Position numbers and translations under genes: made by a program
Notes under the pieces: model-generated
The model's input: the letters and a program-made list of their open reading frames with translations, nothing else
What the model was told of the DNA's origin: nothing
Database searches by the model: none
Shown here: positions 28,280 through 40,714 of the stretch, piece by piece
Layout of the letters: each line of letters begins with the position of its first letter
Position numbering within the stretch: the stretch's first letter is position 1
From: Acidocella sp.
GTDB lineage: Bacteria > Pseudomonadota > Alphaproteobacteria > Acetobacterales > Acetobacteraceae
DNA: 47,237 bases
Assembly: GCA_035427885.1 (NCBI GenBank)
Contig: DAOMCN010000002.1
Location: forward strand, 1-47,237
Direction: 5' to 3'

Positions 28280-29590
28280 TCAGCCCCCGGCCTTGGGCAA
28301 GCTCAGCACCGCCAGATTGGCACGGGTAAAATCGACCACTTTTTCCGTCTCGCCGAGTCTCAGCGTACTGGCGCGGGGCGCCGCCTGCGCCAAAACCTTT
28401 CCCCCTCGCACGACATACAAGCGCTCTGCCGAGAGCCGTATCGCCTCCACCGCATCCGCCGCCTGCAACACAACAAGATCGGCATTGCACCCGACCGCGA
28501 CGCCATAACCCTCCAGGTTAAGGATCTTCGCAGCGTTCTCGGTAACGGCGGCAAAACACGCGCGCATCTCCTCAACCCCGGTCATCTGCCCGACATGCAG
28601 CGCCATATTGGCCACTTCAAGCATGTCGTGGCTGCCCATCGGATACCACGGGTCCATCACGCAATCATGCCCAAAGCCGACCGTAATTCCCGCCGCCATC
28701 ATCTCCTTGACCCGCGTCATCCCGCGCCGCTTGGGGTAGGTATCGTGGCGGCCCTGGAGGGTGATATTGATCAGCGGATTGGCGATGGCTGCAACCCCGG
28801 CCTCCAGGATCAGCGGGATCAGCTTGCTGACATAGTAATTATCCATGCTATGCATCGAGGTGAGATGCGAGCCTGCGACCCGGCCTTGCAACCCGTGGCG
28901 CACGGTCTCGGCGCTCAGCGTCTCGATATGGCGCGAGAGCGGATCGTCCGTCTCATCGCAATGCATATCGAGCATCAACCCGCGTTCGGCGGCAATGCGC
29001 GTGAGCGCCCGCACGCTGAGCGCCCCTTCCTCCATCGTGCGCTCGAAATGCGGTGTCCCGCCGATGACATCTACGCCCTTTTCCAGCGCCCGGCGCAGGT
29101 TTTCCCCCGCCTTGGGGTAGCGGAAATAGCCATCCTGCGGAAACGCGACGAGCTGAATATCCAGATACGGCTTCATCTCCTCGCGCAGCGCCAGCAGCGC
29201 CTCGACCGCCAGCAGCCGGTCGTCGCAGATATCGACATGGGAGCGAATCGCTAGCGTCCCGCGTGCAATCGACCATAGGCAGAGCCGCTTCGCCCGCTCA
29301 TAGATCGCCTCCTGCGTGAGCGAGGGCTTGAGTTCGCCCCAAAGCGCGATGCCTTCGAGCAACGTGCCGGACTCGTTCATGCGCGGCAGCCCAAGGGAGA
29401 GCGTCGAGTCGAGATGCACATGCGCATCGACAAACGGCGCGCAAACCAGCCGCCCCCGCGCGTCGATCTCTTCCGTCGCCCCCTCGGTCAGGTTCGGCTC
29501 CGCCACCACGATTTTACCGTCCAGAATCCCTATATCGATATTCTGCCGCCCATCGGGGAGATTGGCGCAACGGATAATAAGGTCGAGCAT
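28280..29590 (-). CDS. codA: Cytosine deaminase-like amidohydrolase
   Basis: FVDAHVHLD, GTLLEGIALW, VAFPQDG, PHFE, HCDE, GHDCVMDPWYP. Substrate inferred. Confidence 0.8.
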   Translation of the reverse strand: MLDLIIRCANLPDGRQNIDIGILDGKIVVAEPNLTEGATEEIDARGRLVCAPFVDAHVHLDSTLSLGLPRMNESGTLLEGIALWGELKPSLTQEAIYERAKRLCLWSIARGTLAIRSHVDICDDRLLAVEALLALREEMKPYLDIQLVAFPQDGYFRYPKAGENLRRALEKGVDVIGGTPHFERTMEEGALSVRALTRIAAERGLMLDMHCDETDDPLSRHIETLSAETVRHGLQGRVAGSHLTSMHSMDNYYVSKLIPLILEAGVAAIANPLINITLQGRHDTYPKRRGMTRVKEMMAAGITVGFGHDCVMDPWYPMGSHDMLEVANMALHVGQMTGVEEMRACFAAVTENAAKILNLEGYGVAVGCNADLVVLQAADAVEAIRLSAERLYVVRGGKVLAQAAPRASTLRLGETEKVVDFTRANLAVLSLPKAGG

Positions 29591-29671
29591 TTTGCCTCCA
29601 TGCGAATTCTTCGCCCCTAGATTGGCCGCGCAATGGTTGCCGTGCAAGCTGGGCATGATACACGAGCAATC

Positions 29672-30094
29672 ATGCAAAAAGCCCTGCTCCTGCTTCCCCT
29701 CGCTCTGGCCGCCTGTGCCCTGCCAGGACGCCAGACCCTGGCCCCGTCCCCCCCCGCAGCAACCTCCGTGAATATCGCCGCAGTCCGGGCTTTCGCGGGC
29801 CATGTCGCGCTGGTCGAGATCACCCCCGGCACGCAGGATTTTGCCCCGGCGCTGAAATCCGCCGTGGGCCAGGCGCTGGCCATCAAGCCGGACGCCGCCT
29901 TTGAAGTCCTCGCCTCCGCGCCTGCGGGCGCAACCCCGGACATCAGCGCCGCCCGACTCCAGGGGCTCTCGGGCTTAGCCGCGAGCGTTGCCCAGTCCCT
30001 TTGTGATGACGGCATCCCCCCCGCCCGTCTTAGCCTCGCGGCGCGCACCGCCGCCCCCGATGCTCCGAACCAGATCCGCGTTTACGTCAAATGA
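29672..30094 (+). CDS. Hypothetical lipoprotein, degenerate OmpA-C-like
   Basis: Lipobox LAAC at Cys15; AASVAQSL..DGIPPARL...QIRVYV; stop overlaps pyrD start (ATGA). Confidence 0.7.
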   Translation: MQKALLLLPLALAACALPGRQTLAPSPPAATSVNIAAVRAFAGHVALVEITPGTQDFAPALKSAVGQALAIKPDAAFEVLASAPAGATPDISAARLQGLSGLAASVAQSLCDDGIPPARLSLAARTAAPDAPNQIRVYVK

Positions 30095-31131
30095 CCCTCC
30101 TCTTCGCCACGACACGCGCGTTGATGCCCCTGGTGCGCCTACTCGACCCCGAGACCGCGCATAACCTTTCGTTGCGCGCCCTGAATCTCGGCCTCGCCGG
30201 AGGGGACGACACGCCCGACGACCCGATCCTGCAGGTGCGCGCCTTTGGCCGCACCTTGCCCAACCCGATCGGCTTGGCCGCCGGGTTCGACAAGAACGCC
30301 GTCGCCGTCTCCGCCCTGGGTCGCTTAGGCTTCGGCTTTGTCGAGACCGGGACGGTCACCCCCCGCCCACAGCCCGGCAACCCAAAGCCGCGCCTCTTCC
30401 GCCTGGAAGCAGACAACGCCGTGATCAACCGCATGGGCTTCAACAACAACGGCATCGCCGCCTATCTGGCCAACCTGCAAAAGGCCGACCGCTCGCGCAT
30501 CGCCGTCGGTGCTAATGTTGGCATCAACAAGGAAGACGCCGACCCCGAACGCGACTACCCGGCCCTGGTGAACGCGGTCTCGCCCCTTGCCGACTATATC
30601 GTCATCAATATTTCTTCGCCCAACACTCCCGGCCTGCGTGACCTGCAATCCGAGTCCCGCCTCGCCGCGATTCTCGGCGCGATCAAGACAGACAAGCCCC
30701 TGTTCGTGAAAATCGCCCCGGACCTCTCGGAAGACGGCCTGGAAGCGGTCATCGCCACCTGCCTGACCCATCCAGTGACCGGGCTGATCGTCTCCAACAC
30801 CACCCTGGCCCGCCCAAGTACCCTGACCAGCCCGGCCAAATCCCAGACCGGCGGCCTCTCCGGCGCGCCGCTTTTCGCCCCCAGCACCGTGATGCTCGCG
30901 CGCGCCTATAAGCTCGCCGGCCAGCGCCTGACCCTGGTCGGTGCTGGCGGCGTGTTCTCCGCCGAGGACGCCTTGGCCAAAATCCTGGCGGGCGCCAGCC
31001 TGGTTCAGCTCTACACCGCCTTCGCCTATCGCGGCCCGGCGCTGATCCCGGAGCTGAAAACCGGCCTCGCCGCCGCCCTGCGCGCACGCGGCTTCGCCAG
31101 CGTCGCACAAGCCGTGGGCGCAGGCGCATGA
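30091..31131 (+). CDS. pyrD: Quinone-dependent dihydroorotate dehydrogenase
   Basis: DPETAH, NPIGLAAGFDK, QPGNPKPRLFRL, INRMGFNN, NISSPNTPGLR, KIAPD, GGLSG. Confidence 0.97.
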   Translation: MTLLFATTRALMPLVRLLDPETAHNLSLRALNLGLAGGDDTPDDPILQVRAFGRTLPNPIGLAAGFDKNAVAVSALGRLGFGFVETGTVTPRPQPGNPKPRLFRLEADNAVINRMGFNNNGIAAYLANLQKADRSRIAVGANVGINKEDADPERDYPALVNAVSPLADYIVINISSPNTPGLRDLQSESRLAAILGAIKTDKPLFVKIAPDLSEDGLEAVIATCLTHPVTGLIVSNTTLARPSTLTSPAKSQTGGLSGAPLFAPSTVMLARAYKLAGQRLTLVGAGGVFSAEDALAKILAGASLVQLYTAFAYRGPALIPELKTGLAAALRARGFASVAQAVGAGA

Positions 31132-31955
31132 TCCGTTTTGCTGACCTCGCCGAGCGTTACGACGGCTTCATCGTCGATCTATGGGGTGTCGTACATAACG
31201 GCGTCGCTCCTTATCCCGGTGTGCTGGACTGCCTTTCGCGTCTGCGCGCCGCAAAAAAACCGGTGGTTTTTCTCTCCAACGCGCCGCGCCGCCCCTCCGG
31301 AATCGCCGCCGCCCTGTCGGGCATGGGCGTCACCCCGGAGCTCTACACCGGCATCATGTCGAGCGGCGAGGCGGTCCACCTCGCGCTGCGCGACCGTACG
31401 GACGAGTTCGCCACCCTGGGCGCAAAACTCTACCATCTCGGTCCGCAGCGTGACCGAGACGTGTTCGAGACCCTGGACCTGGAGGTAGTAAAATCCCCGT
31501 CCCAGGCGGATTTCCTCCTCAACACCGGCCCGGACGACCTGCTCGGCCCGCACGATCCCAGCCTCTACGCTTCCGTCCTGCGTGAATCCCTGGAAAACGG
31601 CCTGCCGATGATCTGCGCCAACCCGGACCTCGAAGTGGTGCGCGGAGAGGAGCGCATCATCTGCGCCGGTCTGCTGGCCGAGCAATACGCGGCGCAAGGC
31701 GGGCGCGTGATCCAGCGCGGCAAGCCCGACGCCGCGATCTACGCGCCAACCTTGGCCCTGCTAGGCACCGATAAATCTCGCACCCTGGCCATTGGCGACT
31801 CGCTGCGCACGGACATCTCCGGCGCGAAGGCCGCGGGTATCGACTCCCTCTGGGTCCTCTCGGGCATCCACGCCCTGCACCCCGAACAAGCCCCGGCGGA
31901 AGTCGCCGCGAAAAATCTCAGCCCCGTGGCGATCCTCCCTGGCTTCACCTGGTAA
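31128..31955 (+). CDS. HAD-IIA hydrolase (TIGR01459-like)
   Basis: VDLWGVVHNG, SNAPR, CANPD, GKPD..IY, IGDSLRTD. Confidence 0.9.
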   Translation: MIRFADLAERYDGFIVDLWGVVHNGVAPYPGVLDCLSRLRAAKKPVVFLSNAPRRPSGIAAALSGMGVTPELYTGIMSSGEAVHLALRDRTDEFATLGAKLYHLGPQRDRDVFETLDLEVVKSPSQADFLLNTGPDDLLGPHDPSLYASVLRESLENGLPMICANPDLEVVRGEERIICAGLLAEQYAAQGGRVIQRGKPDAAIYAPTLALLGTDKSRTLAIGDSLRTDISGAKAAGIDSLWVLSGIHALHPEQAPAEVAAKNLSPVAILPGFTW

Positions 31956-31966
31956 TTTCAGGGGGG

Positions 31967-32902
31967 CTAAAGCGCCCAGCCCATGCTGGAGAGCCGGCTG
32001 GTGCGCAATTCGTGATCCCCGGCCAGAAAACAATACTGCCCGCGCCCGCCTTGGCGGAGCAGCCGCTCCCGGTCCAACCCGTTCCGCCCGATCGCCTCCT
32101 GCGCCGCCTGTAAACAAGCCGGAGCCAGCGCCTCGATAAAGGCGCGATCCAGCATGCCCAGGCGCAAATTTTTGTCGGTCTCTCCCGCCGCCTTCGAGAT
32201 GACCCGGATAACGTTTATCTGTGTCTCGGAGTTGTGGCCCAGGCCAAGGAATTCGAACATCCCCGGAATCGCAGACCCCATCGGATGTTTCCAGATCGTG
32301 CGCGCTGCCCAGCCCGCGATTTGCGCCGTCTGTTCGAGCCGCCAATCCATCGCCGCCAGCGTATAGGCGCCATCGGCGACCACCGCCTGCGCCTCAGCCA
32401 GCGTCTCAAACGTCCCCATCCGGCTCAGCTCCGAAATCGACCATTCAGCGAGAATATTGGAGACGCAAAGCTCGACAAGACCGCGCCGCAGCACCAGAAA
32501 CCGCCCCTTGGGAAAAAGGTCGAGCAGAAACCGGGTGATCGTCTCGCCGCCATAGCGGATTTCTTTAAACCCCCAGCGCTGACCGGGCTGCAGGGCGGTG
32601 GAAAAACTCCGCACCATCCACGCGCGCGTAAAGTCGCGCAGACCAGCCGCATCGACCGGCGATTTCCAGGGATCGAAAACAAGCTGCCCCCGTTCGCGGA
32701 CATAGCGCTCAAGCCCGCGCTCAGCCAGCGGTTGTCTGAGACTCCCGAAGGACGAGGCAGCCACGTTAAGCGCCGCAAGCTGATTCAGAATGCCCCCATG
32801 CTCGCCCCAGACGACAAGCCCAGGATGGCAGTTCAGTATCCGCCCCAGCAGCGTCGAGCCCGAACGGTGAGACGCAAAAACAAAAACCGGACGCTGATCC
32901 AT
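31967..32902 (-). CDS. Sulfotransferase-family protein
   Basis: FVFASHRSGSTLLGRILNCHP..VWGE, RWGFKEIRY, FPKGRFLVL.R. Confidence 0.8.
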   Translation of the reverse strand: MDQRPVFVFASHRSGSTLLGRILNCHPGLVVWGEHGGILNQLAALNVAASSFGSLRQPLAERGLERYVRERGQLVFDPWKSPVDAAGLRDFTRAWMVRSFSTALQPGQRWGFKEIRYGGETITRFLLDLFPKGRFLVLRRGLVELCVSNILAEWSISELSRMGTFETLAEAQAVVADGAYTLAAMDWRLEQTAQIAGWAARTIWKHPMGSAIPGMFEFLGLGHNSETQINVIRVISKAAGETDKNLRLGMLDRAFIEALAPACLQAAQEAIGRNGLDRERLLRQGGRGQYCFLAGDHELRTSRLSSMGWAL

Positions 32903-33074
32903 CGAGCAGAGCCATCCTCACAGGACAATATTTACCAAAGTGAGCGGATATATTCGGGCCCGGAATGTCAATCGCCATCCAGTTTGTTGTTTTTTCAAAA
33001 CAAACCGGGGTCTTTTAATTTTTCTAACAAAATGTTGTTTTTGTAAGCGGCATGTTAGCGCCCGTCCTTTACGC

Positions 33075-33095
33075 GAATGCTCCACGTGAAGCATT

Positions 33096-33098
<3 letters not shown>
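33075..33098. repeat. Near-perfect 22-bp palindrome overlapping kdsA stop
   Basis: GAATGCTCCACGTGAAGCATTC, starting within the TAG of kdsA on the minus strand. Confidence 0.55.
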
Positions 33099-35551
<2,453 letters not shown>

Positions 35552-35594
35552 TCATACATGAGTCGCAGGAAAAGCGAGAGAGGGAGGACGAAAC

Positions 35595-35984
35595 TTATTG
35601 TGAGGAAGAATTCCCAGGTGCCGGAACGGCGGGCGCCGTAGGTGCGGGCAGCGCGTCCGCGGGGATCGAAGGCAGGGCATTCGGCAGGGTTGGCGCCGGT
35701 GCCGCCGGGGTCGTCTGCGCCGGGCCGTTCAGGATTGCTGCCGCATTATTTGTGTTGCCGCCCTTGTAGAGCAGCGCCAGGCTGAGCGAGAGTACAAAAA
35801 AAGCGGTACCCAGGATTGCGGTGGTGCGGGTCAACAGATTAGCCGTGCCGCGCCCGGACATGAAATTCCCCATGCCCTGTCCGCCGCCGAGGCCAAGCCC
35901 GCCGCCTTCGGAGCGCTGGATCAGCACCACGCCGATGAGCGCGATGGTGACAAAAACATGCAGCACGAGAAGAACTTTGATCAT
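35595..35984 (-). CDS. secG: Preprotein translocase subunit SecG
   Basis: LIGVVLIQRSEGGGLG...RGTANLLTRTTAIL; Pro/Ala tail. Confidence 0.95.
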   Translation of the reverse strand: MIKVLLVLHVFVTIALIGVVLIQRSEGGGLGLGGGQGMGNFMSGRGTANLLTRTTAILGTAFFVLSLSLALLYKGGNTNNAAAILNGPAQTTPAAPAPTLPNALPSIPADALPAPTAPAVPAPGNSSSQ

Positions 35985-36037
35985 CCGAAACCCTGGCTTA
36001 ATTGGTGGCAGGTTTCTAGTACGTGACAATTTTTCGT

Positions 36038-36078
36038 CAATCACGCGCCAAAAACCTGGTATCGCGGGATTGCTCTAG
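36038..36078. repeat. TAG-anchored hairpin after tpiA
   Basis: Minus strand: CTAGAGCAATCCCGCG-ATACCAGGTTTTTGG-CGCGTGATTG; same TAGAGCAAT start as 24714. Confidence 0.55.
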
Positions 36079-36806
36079 CCGCCTGGAGCGCCTGCAGCAA
36101 TGGCCAACAGGTCGGCAGCGACAAGACTGGCCCCGCCGACCAGCGCGCCGCCAACCTCGGGCAGACTAAGCAGGCTGGCGGCGTTACCCGGTTTGACCGA
36201 GCCGCCATAGAGAATTTTAACCCCCGCCCCGGCGGCGCCCAGATGCTCGACCAGCACCTTGCGGATGGCGGCGTGCATCGCGACGACATCCCCCTCCGTC
36301 GGTGTCCGCCCGGTACCGATCGCCCAGATCGGCTCATAAGCGACTACCCCGTCGAAGCCGTGCGGCAGGCTGTGCAGCAATTGGCTGCGCACCAGTTGCT
36401 CGGCCTGCCCGGCATCGCGCTGGGCCTCCGTCTCGCCGACGCAGACAATCGGCGTCAGCCCCGCCGCGCGCGCGGCGTTCACCTTAGCGGCGACATCGGC
36501 ATTGGTCTCACCGTGGTTCTCGCGCCGTTCGGAATGACCCAGAATAACAAAACGCGCTCCGACCTCTTTAAGCATCGCGGCGGAAATGTCCCCGGTATGC
36601 GCGCCTGAGGCCTGCGCGTGGCAGTCCTGCGCGCCGAGGCTGGCCGAACTCCCCGTCAGCGCCGCAGCAAAGCGCGCAAGCAGGGTGAAGGGCGGGCAAA
36701 TCAGCACTTCGACACGCGCAGGCGCCGCCTGGAGCGCGGCGGCATAAGCGTCCACCTCGTTCAGCTTGCCGTGCATTTTCCAGTTCCCTGCGATGAGTGT
36801 GCGCAT
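36075..36806 (-). CDS. tpiA: Triosephosphate isomerase
   Basis: IAGNWKM, GAHTGD, GHSERR, AYEPIWAIGTG, YGGSV, LVGGASL. Confidence 0.98.
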   Translation of the reverse strand: MRTLIAGNWKMHGKLNEVDAYAAALQAAPARVEVLICPPFTLLARFAAALTGSSASLGAQDCHAQASGAHTGDISAAMLKEVGARFVILGHSERRENHGETNADVAAKVNAARAAGLTPIVCVGETEAQRDAGQAEQLVRSQLLHSLPHGFDGVVAYEPIWAIGTGRTPTEGDVVAMHAAIRKVLVEHLGAAGAGVKILYGGSVKPGNAASLLSLPEVGGALVGGASLVAADLLAIAAGAPGG

Positions 36807-36861
36807 TTTTATTTCTTGCTCCCTGTCGATTCGAAGATAAGGCTATTTTGTTGGCGCAGCT

Positions 36862-37230
36862 CTAGCGCCAGAGCTGGAGCACGATGATTTCCAGCAAAAA
36901 ACCGATGGTAAGCGCCGCCCCGCCGACGGGCTGGATAATCCGCGCCATTTCCCGGCGGATGATGCTCTGCGCGAAGGCGGGGCCGTTCTGCGCCGCGATG
37001 GCAGCCTTCACCGCCGCTTCGGCCTTGGGCAGGATGAGCCGCTGATAGAGCAGGATCAGCAGGTTGCAGAGGATGACTGCAGCCAGCAGAGCCGCGATGT
37101 AGCGCGCGCCAGTGAGGGTGATCCGCCGGGTCGAGAAACCAGTGAGCAATCCAGCAAGAAAATACAGCCCGGGGATGATGGTCAACGCCGTACGCGTCGC
37201 GGCGGAATAGTCGGTGGGCGATACGCGCAT
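36862..37230 (-). CDS. Hypothetical 3-TM membrane protein
   Basis: 122 aa from ATG 37230 with AGGAAAGAGG SD; three hydrophobic segments; fills tpiA-ppiD gap. Confidence 0.7.
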   Translation of the reverse strand: MRVSPTDYSAATRTALTIIPGLYFLAGLLTGFSTRRITLTGARYIAALLAAVILCNLLILLYQRLILPKAEAAVKAAIAAQNGPAFAQSIIRREMARIIQPVGGAALTIGFLLEIIVLQLWR

Positions 37231-37308
37231 GTGGGCGACCTCTTTCCTGCATTTGCCGAGTTCTGGCGGTCTAGCTATAGAGGCGGCGGTTTGGGGTAAA
37301 TAGAGCGC

Positions 37309-39189
37309 ATGCTGGTCTGGGTTCGAAATCTGCTGGAAAACTGGGTTGCGCGAGCATTTTTTGCGCTTCTTGTGCTGGTTTTTGTCTTTTGGGGCATCTC
37401 CAATGTCGTCACGCTGATCGGCAGTAATACCGCCGTGGCGCATGTCGGGGGCGAGGCCGTGGATATTTCCGTGGTGCAGGCCTCCTACCAGAAGGCGCTG
37501 AACCGTGCCGCGCAGTCTGGCCAGGGTCAGCCCGACCTCGCCACGCGCCGGGAGTTGGCGCAGGCGGCGCTCGCGGACGTATTGCGCACGCAGGTCATGC
37601 GCCGGGAGGAACGCAAACTTGGCGTTGCCGCCCCCGCTGCCGTGATCCGCGAGGAGATCGACGCGATTCCCTCCTTCCAGACCAACGGCGTATTCGACGC
37701 GAAAAAATTTGCCCAGGTTTTGGCGCAAAATAATAGTTCACCCAATCAGTTCATCGCCGAAGCGCGCGATAGTGTTGCAGGACGCCAGTTAATCATCCCG
37801 GTCATCGCCGGAGCCACCCCGCCAGCCACGCTGGTCAAGCAGGTTTTCAGCTTCGTTGCCGAGCAGCGCGTGGCAGAAACAGTGACGATTCCCTTTGCCG
37901 ACCAGCCCGCACCTCAGCCCCCGGCGGACGCCGTGCTGCAGCGCTACTGGCGCAACCATCCGGCAGCGTTCACCGCGCCGCAATACCGCACCCTTAAGCT
38001 GGTTATCCTCTCCCCCGTCTTACTCGCCCCACATGAGAGCGTGAGCGATACCGAGGTTGACGCCGCCTATGCGCGGGTGGCGGCAAGCCAGCCCCCGGCG
38101 CGGCCGGAGCGCAGCGTGCAGATGATTGTAGTCAACAACATCGCCGCTGAGTCGCAGCTTGCCGCAGCTTGGAAACAGGGCAAGAGCTGGGCGGAAATGC
38201 AGGCGTTGGCACCGAAATTCGGCGCCAACGCCATTGTGCTCGACAAAAGCACGCAGGTTCAGATCCCTTCGCCCGATCTGGCGGCGGCGGTATTCGCGGC
38301 CAAGCCCGGCGAAGTCAGCGGCCCGGTGGCCGGGGGGCAGAATATGTATTTGTTCAAGGTTACGGCCGTCACCTCCAACGGCCCGGACGTGGCCGCGCTG
38401 AAGGCGCAGGTCAGACAACAGCTGCAGCTGCAGAAGGCGCAGGCGGAGGTGGCCAAGGACGTTGACAATCTCCAGGACGCGCTGGCCGGACAAACCCCGC
38501 TCGACCGTCTGCCCGGCAATCTCGGCCTTACTGCTGTCCAAGGCACGCTCGACGCCGAGGGCAACACGCCGCAAGGCGAGACCGCCCCGATCCCCGGCAG
38601 CGACGCGCTGAAAGCGGCAATCCTCAAAGCTGCCTTCGCCGTGCAGGCGAACGATCCGGCCCAGCTCACCAACGGCCCGGATGGCAGCTACTTCGCGCTG
38701 ACCGTCTCGCAGATCACCCCACCGGCCTTGCAGCCCTACGACCAGGTGCGCGCCAAGGTGCTGAGTGCCTGGACCCAGGACGAGATCACTCGTGAGGCGG
38801 AGGTTAAAGCAGCCGCGCTGCTGGCGGCGGTGAACAAAGGCAAGCGCTTCGACGATGCCGCCTCCGCTGCGGGGGAAGCCGTCGCGATGACCGCGCCCTT
38901 TACCCGGGAGACGCCACCCAGCGGCATGACCACCGCGATGCTGCCGGTTATGTTCAGCCTCAAGCCAGGCCAGGCGACGATGGTACAGACCGATACCGGC
39001 TTCACCGTTGCAGACATCAACAAGATCATCGAGCCGACCCCGACGCAGGACCCGGCCAATTTCGCCAAGGTATCCCAGGCGCTGGCCAAGGCGGTGCAGA
39101 ACGATATCGGCGAGAGTTTCCTGGCCGGATTGCAGGCGCGTGATAAAGTGACCATCGACCAGAAGCTTTTTGCCCAGATCTATCAGTGA
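37309..39189 (+). CDS. ppiD: PpiD-like periplasmic chaperone (SurA-N + parvulin-like)
   Basis: N-terminal TM FVFWGI, VAHVGG, FQTNGVFD, F.APQYR, GEVSGPV; typical position before trpE. Confidence 0.85.
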   Translation: MLVWVRNLLENWVARAFFALLVLVFVFWGISNVVTLIGSNTAVAHVGGEAVDISVVQASYQKALNRAAQSGQGQPDLATRRELAQAALADVLRTQVMRREERKLGVAAPAAVIREEIDAIPSFQTNGVFDAKKFAQVLAQNNSSPNQFIAEARDSVAGRQLIIPVIAGATPPATLVKQVFSFVAEQRVAETVTIPFADQPAPQPPADAVLQRYWRNHPAAFTAPQYRTLKLVILSPVLLAPHESVSDTEVDAAYARVAASQPPARPERSVQMIVVNNIAAESQLAAAWKQGKSWAEMQALAPKFGANAIVLDKSTQVQIPSPDLAAAVFAAKPGEVSGPVAGGQNMYLFKVTAVTSNGPDVAALKAQVRQQLQLQKAQAEVAKDVDNLQDALAGQTPLDRLPGNLGLTAVQGTLDAEGNTPQGETAPIPGSDALKAAILKAAFAVQANDPAQLTNGPDGSYFALTVSQITPPALQPYDQVRAKVLSAWTQDEITREAEVKAAALLAAVNKGKRFDDAASAAGEAVAMTAPFTRETPPSGMTTAMLPVMFSLKPGQATMVQTDTGFTVADINKIIEPTPTQDPANFAKVSQALAKAVQNDIGESFLAGLQARDKVTIDQKLFAQIYQ

Positions 39190-39199
39190 TTGAGAGACC

Positions 39200-40714
39200 A
39201 TGAACGCCGCCCACCCAGACCGTTATGAGAGTTTTCGCGCCGCCTACGAATCGGGACGTGGCGCGCTGGTGTGGCGACACGACATTGCCGATCTGCTGAC
39301 CCCCGTCGCCGCCTTCCTCAAGGTGGCGCATGGTAGGCCCTATTCCTTCCTGCTGGAAAGCGTCGAGGGCGGCGTGGCGCGGGGGCGGTATTCTGTTATT
39401 GGCATGGCGCCGGACCTGGTTTGGCGTTGCGAAGGCGGCATCGCGCTGATGAATCGCGAGCCGCTGAGTAACCCGGAGGCGTTCGCGCCCACCGGAGACG
39501 CGCCGCTGGAGAGCCTGCGCGACCTAATCGCCGAGACCAGGCTGGACGTGCCCGAAGGCCTGCCCCCGATGACCGGCGGGCTATCAGGCTATCTTGGCTA
39601 CGACATGGTCCGGCTGATGGAGGAGCTGCCCGCCACCAAGCCCGATGTATTGGGCATCCCGGACGCGATTTTAGTCCGCCCTGGTCTGTTCATCATTTTC
39701 GACAGCGTGACCGATGAGATGACCTTGGCCGCCCCGGTCTATCCGCGCGCCGGTATCTCCGCCGCTTCCGCCTATGCGGCGGCGGAGCTCCGGTTGAACG
39801 AAGTGGCGCGCGCACTGGAGCAGCCGGTGCCCAAGCTCTCCGGCAGCCAGAGTGAGCCGCTCGAACAGACCTCCAACATGGAGGAGGAGGAATTCCTCGC
39901 CATGGTGGAAACCGCGAAGAATTATATCCACGCGGGCGATGTCTTCCAGGTGGTGCCAAGCCAGCGTTTCGAGGCGCCGTTCACCTTGCCGCCGTTTGCG
40001 CTGTATCGCAGCCTGCGCCGGGTCAATCCGGCGCCGTTCCTGTTCTATCTTGATTTCGTCAATTTCGTCGCGGTTGGCTCCTCCCCGGAAATCCTGGTGC
40101 GGCTGCGCGACGGCGTAGTGACGATCCGCCCCCTGGCAGGCACGCGCAAACGCGGCGCGACGACGGCGGAAGACCTGGCGCTGGAGGCTGAATTGCTGGC
40201 CGACCCGAAGGAGCGCGCCGAACACCTTATGCTGCTCGATCTTGGGCGCAATGATGTGGGTCGCGTGGCGCAGATCGGCTCCGTGCGGGTGGTGGAGAGC
40301 TTTGCTATCGAGCGGTTTTCTCATGTCATGCATATTTCCTCGACCGTGGAGGGGCGGATTCGCCCCGAATGCGACGCGCTGGACGCGCTGATCGCAGGCT
40401 TCCCGGCGGGCACGCTCTCGGGCGCGCCAAAGGTGCGTGCGATGGAGATCATCGAGGAGTTGGAACCTTCCCGGCGCGGACTTTACGCGGGGTGCATCGG
40501 CTATTTTGCCGCCAACGGCACGATGGATACCTGCATCGGCCTGCGCACGGCGCTGGTGAAGGACGGCAAGATGTATGTCCAGGCGGGCGTCGGGGTAGTC
40601 GCGGATTCCGATCCGCATGCCGAATATGCCGAGAGCCTGCTGAAAGCCCGCGCACTTTTCCGTGCGGCGGACGACGCGGTGCGCTATGTCTCAGCCCCGG
40701 AGCGCGCAAAATGA
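39200..40714 (+). CDS. trpE: Anthranilate synthase component I
   Basis: [55 protein letters not shown]. Confidence 0.97.
   Translation: MNAAHPDRYESFRAAYESGRGALVWRHDIADLLTPVAAFLKVAHGRPYSFLLESVEGGVARGRYSVIGMAPDLVWRCEGGIALMNREPLSNPEAFAPTGDAPLESLRDLIAETRLDVPEGLPPMTGGLSGYLGYDMVRLMEELPATKPDVLGIPDAILVRPGLFIIFDSVTDEMTLAAPVYPRAGISAASAYAAAELRLNEVARALEQPVPKLSGSQSEPLEQTSNMEEEEFLAMVETAKNYIHAGDVFQVVPSQRFEAPFTLPPFALYRSLRRVNPAPFLFYLDFVNFVAVGSSPEILVRLRDGVVTIRPLAGTRKRGATTAEDLALEAELLADPKERAEHLMLLDLGRNDVGRVAQIGSVRVVESFAIERFSHVMHISSTVEGRIRPECDALDALIAGFPAGTLSGAPKVRAMEIIEELEPSRRGLYAGCIGYFAANGTMDTCIGLRTALVKDGKMYVQAGVGVVADSDPHAEYAESLLKARALFRAADDAVRYVSAPERAK

Noticed and set aside
27662-29254. 530-aa + strand ORF and other long overlapping ORFs (e.g. 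26471-27646, 38020-39201, 2611-3723)
   Set aside because: Antisense or shifted-frame shadows of well-supported genes in GC-rich DNA; no recognisable motifs.
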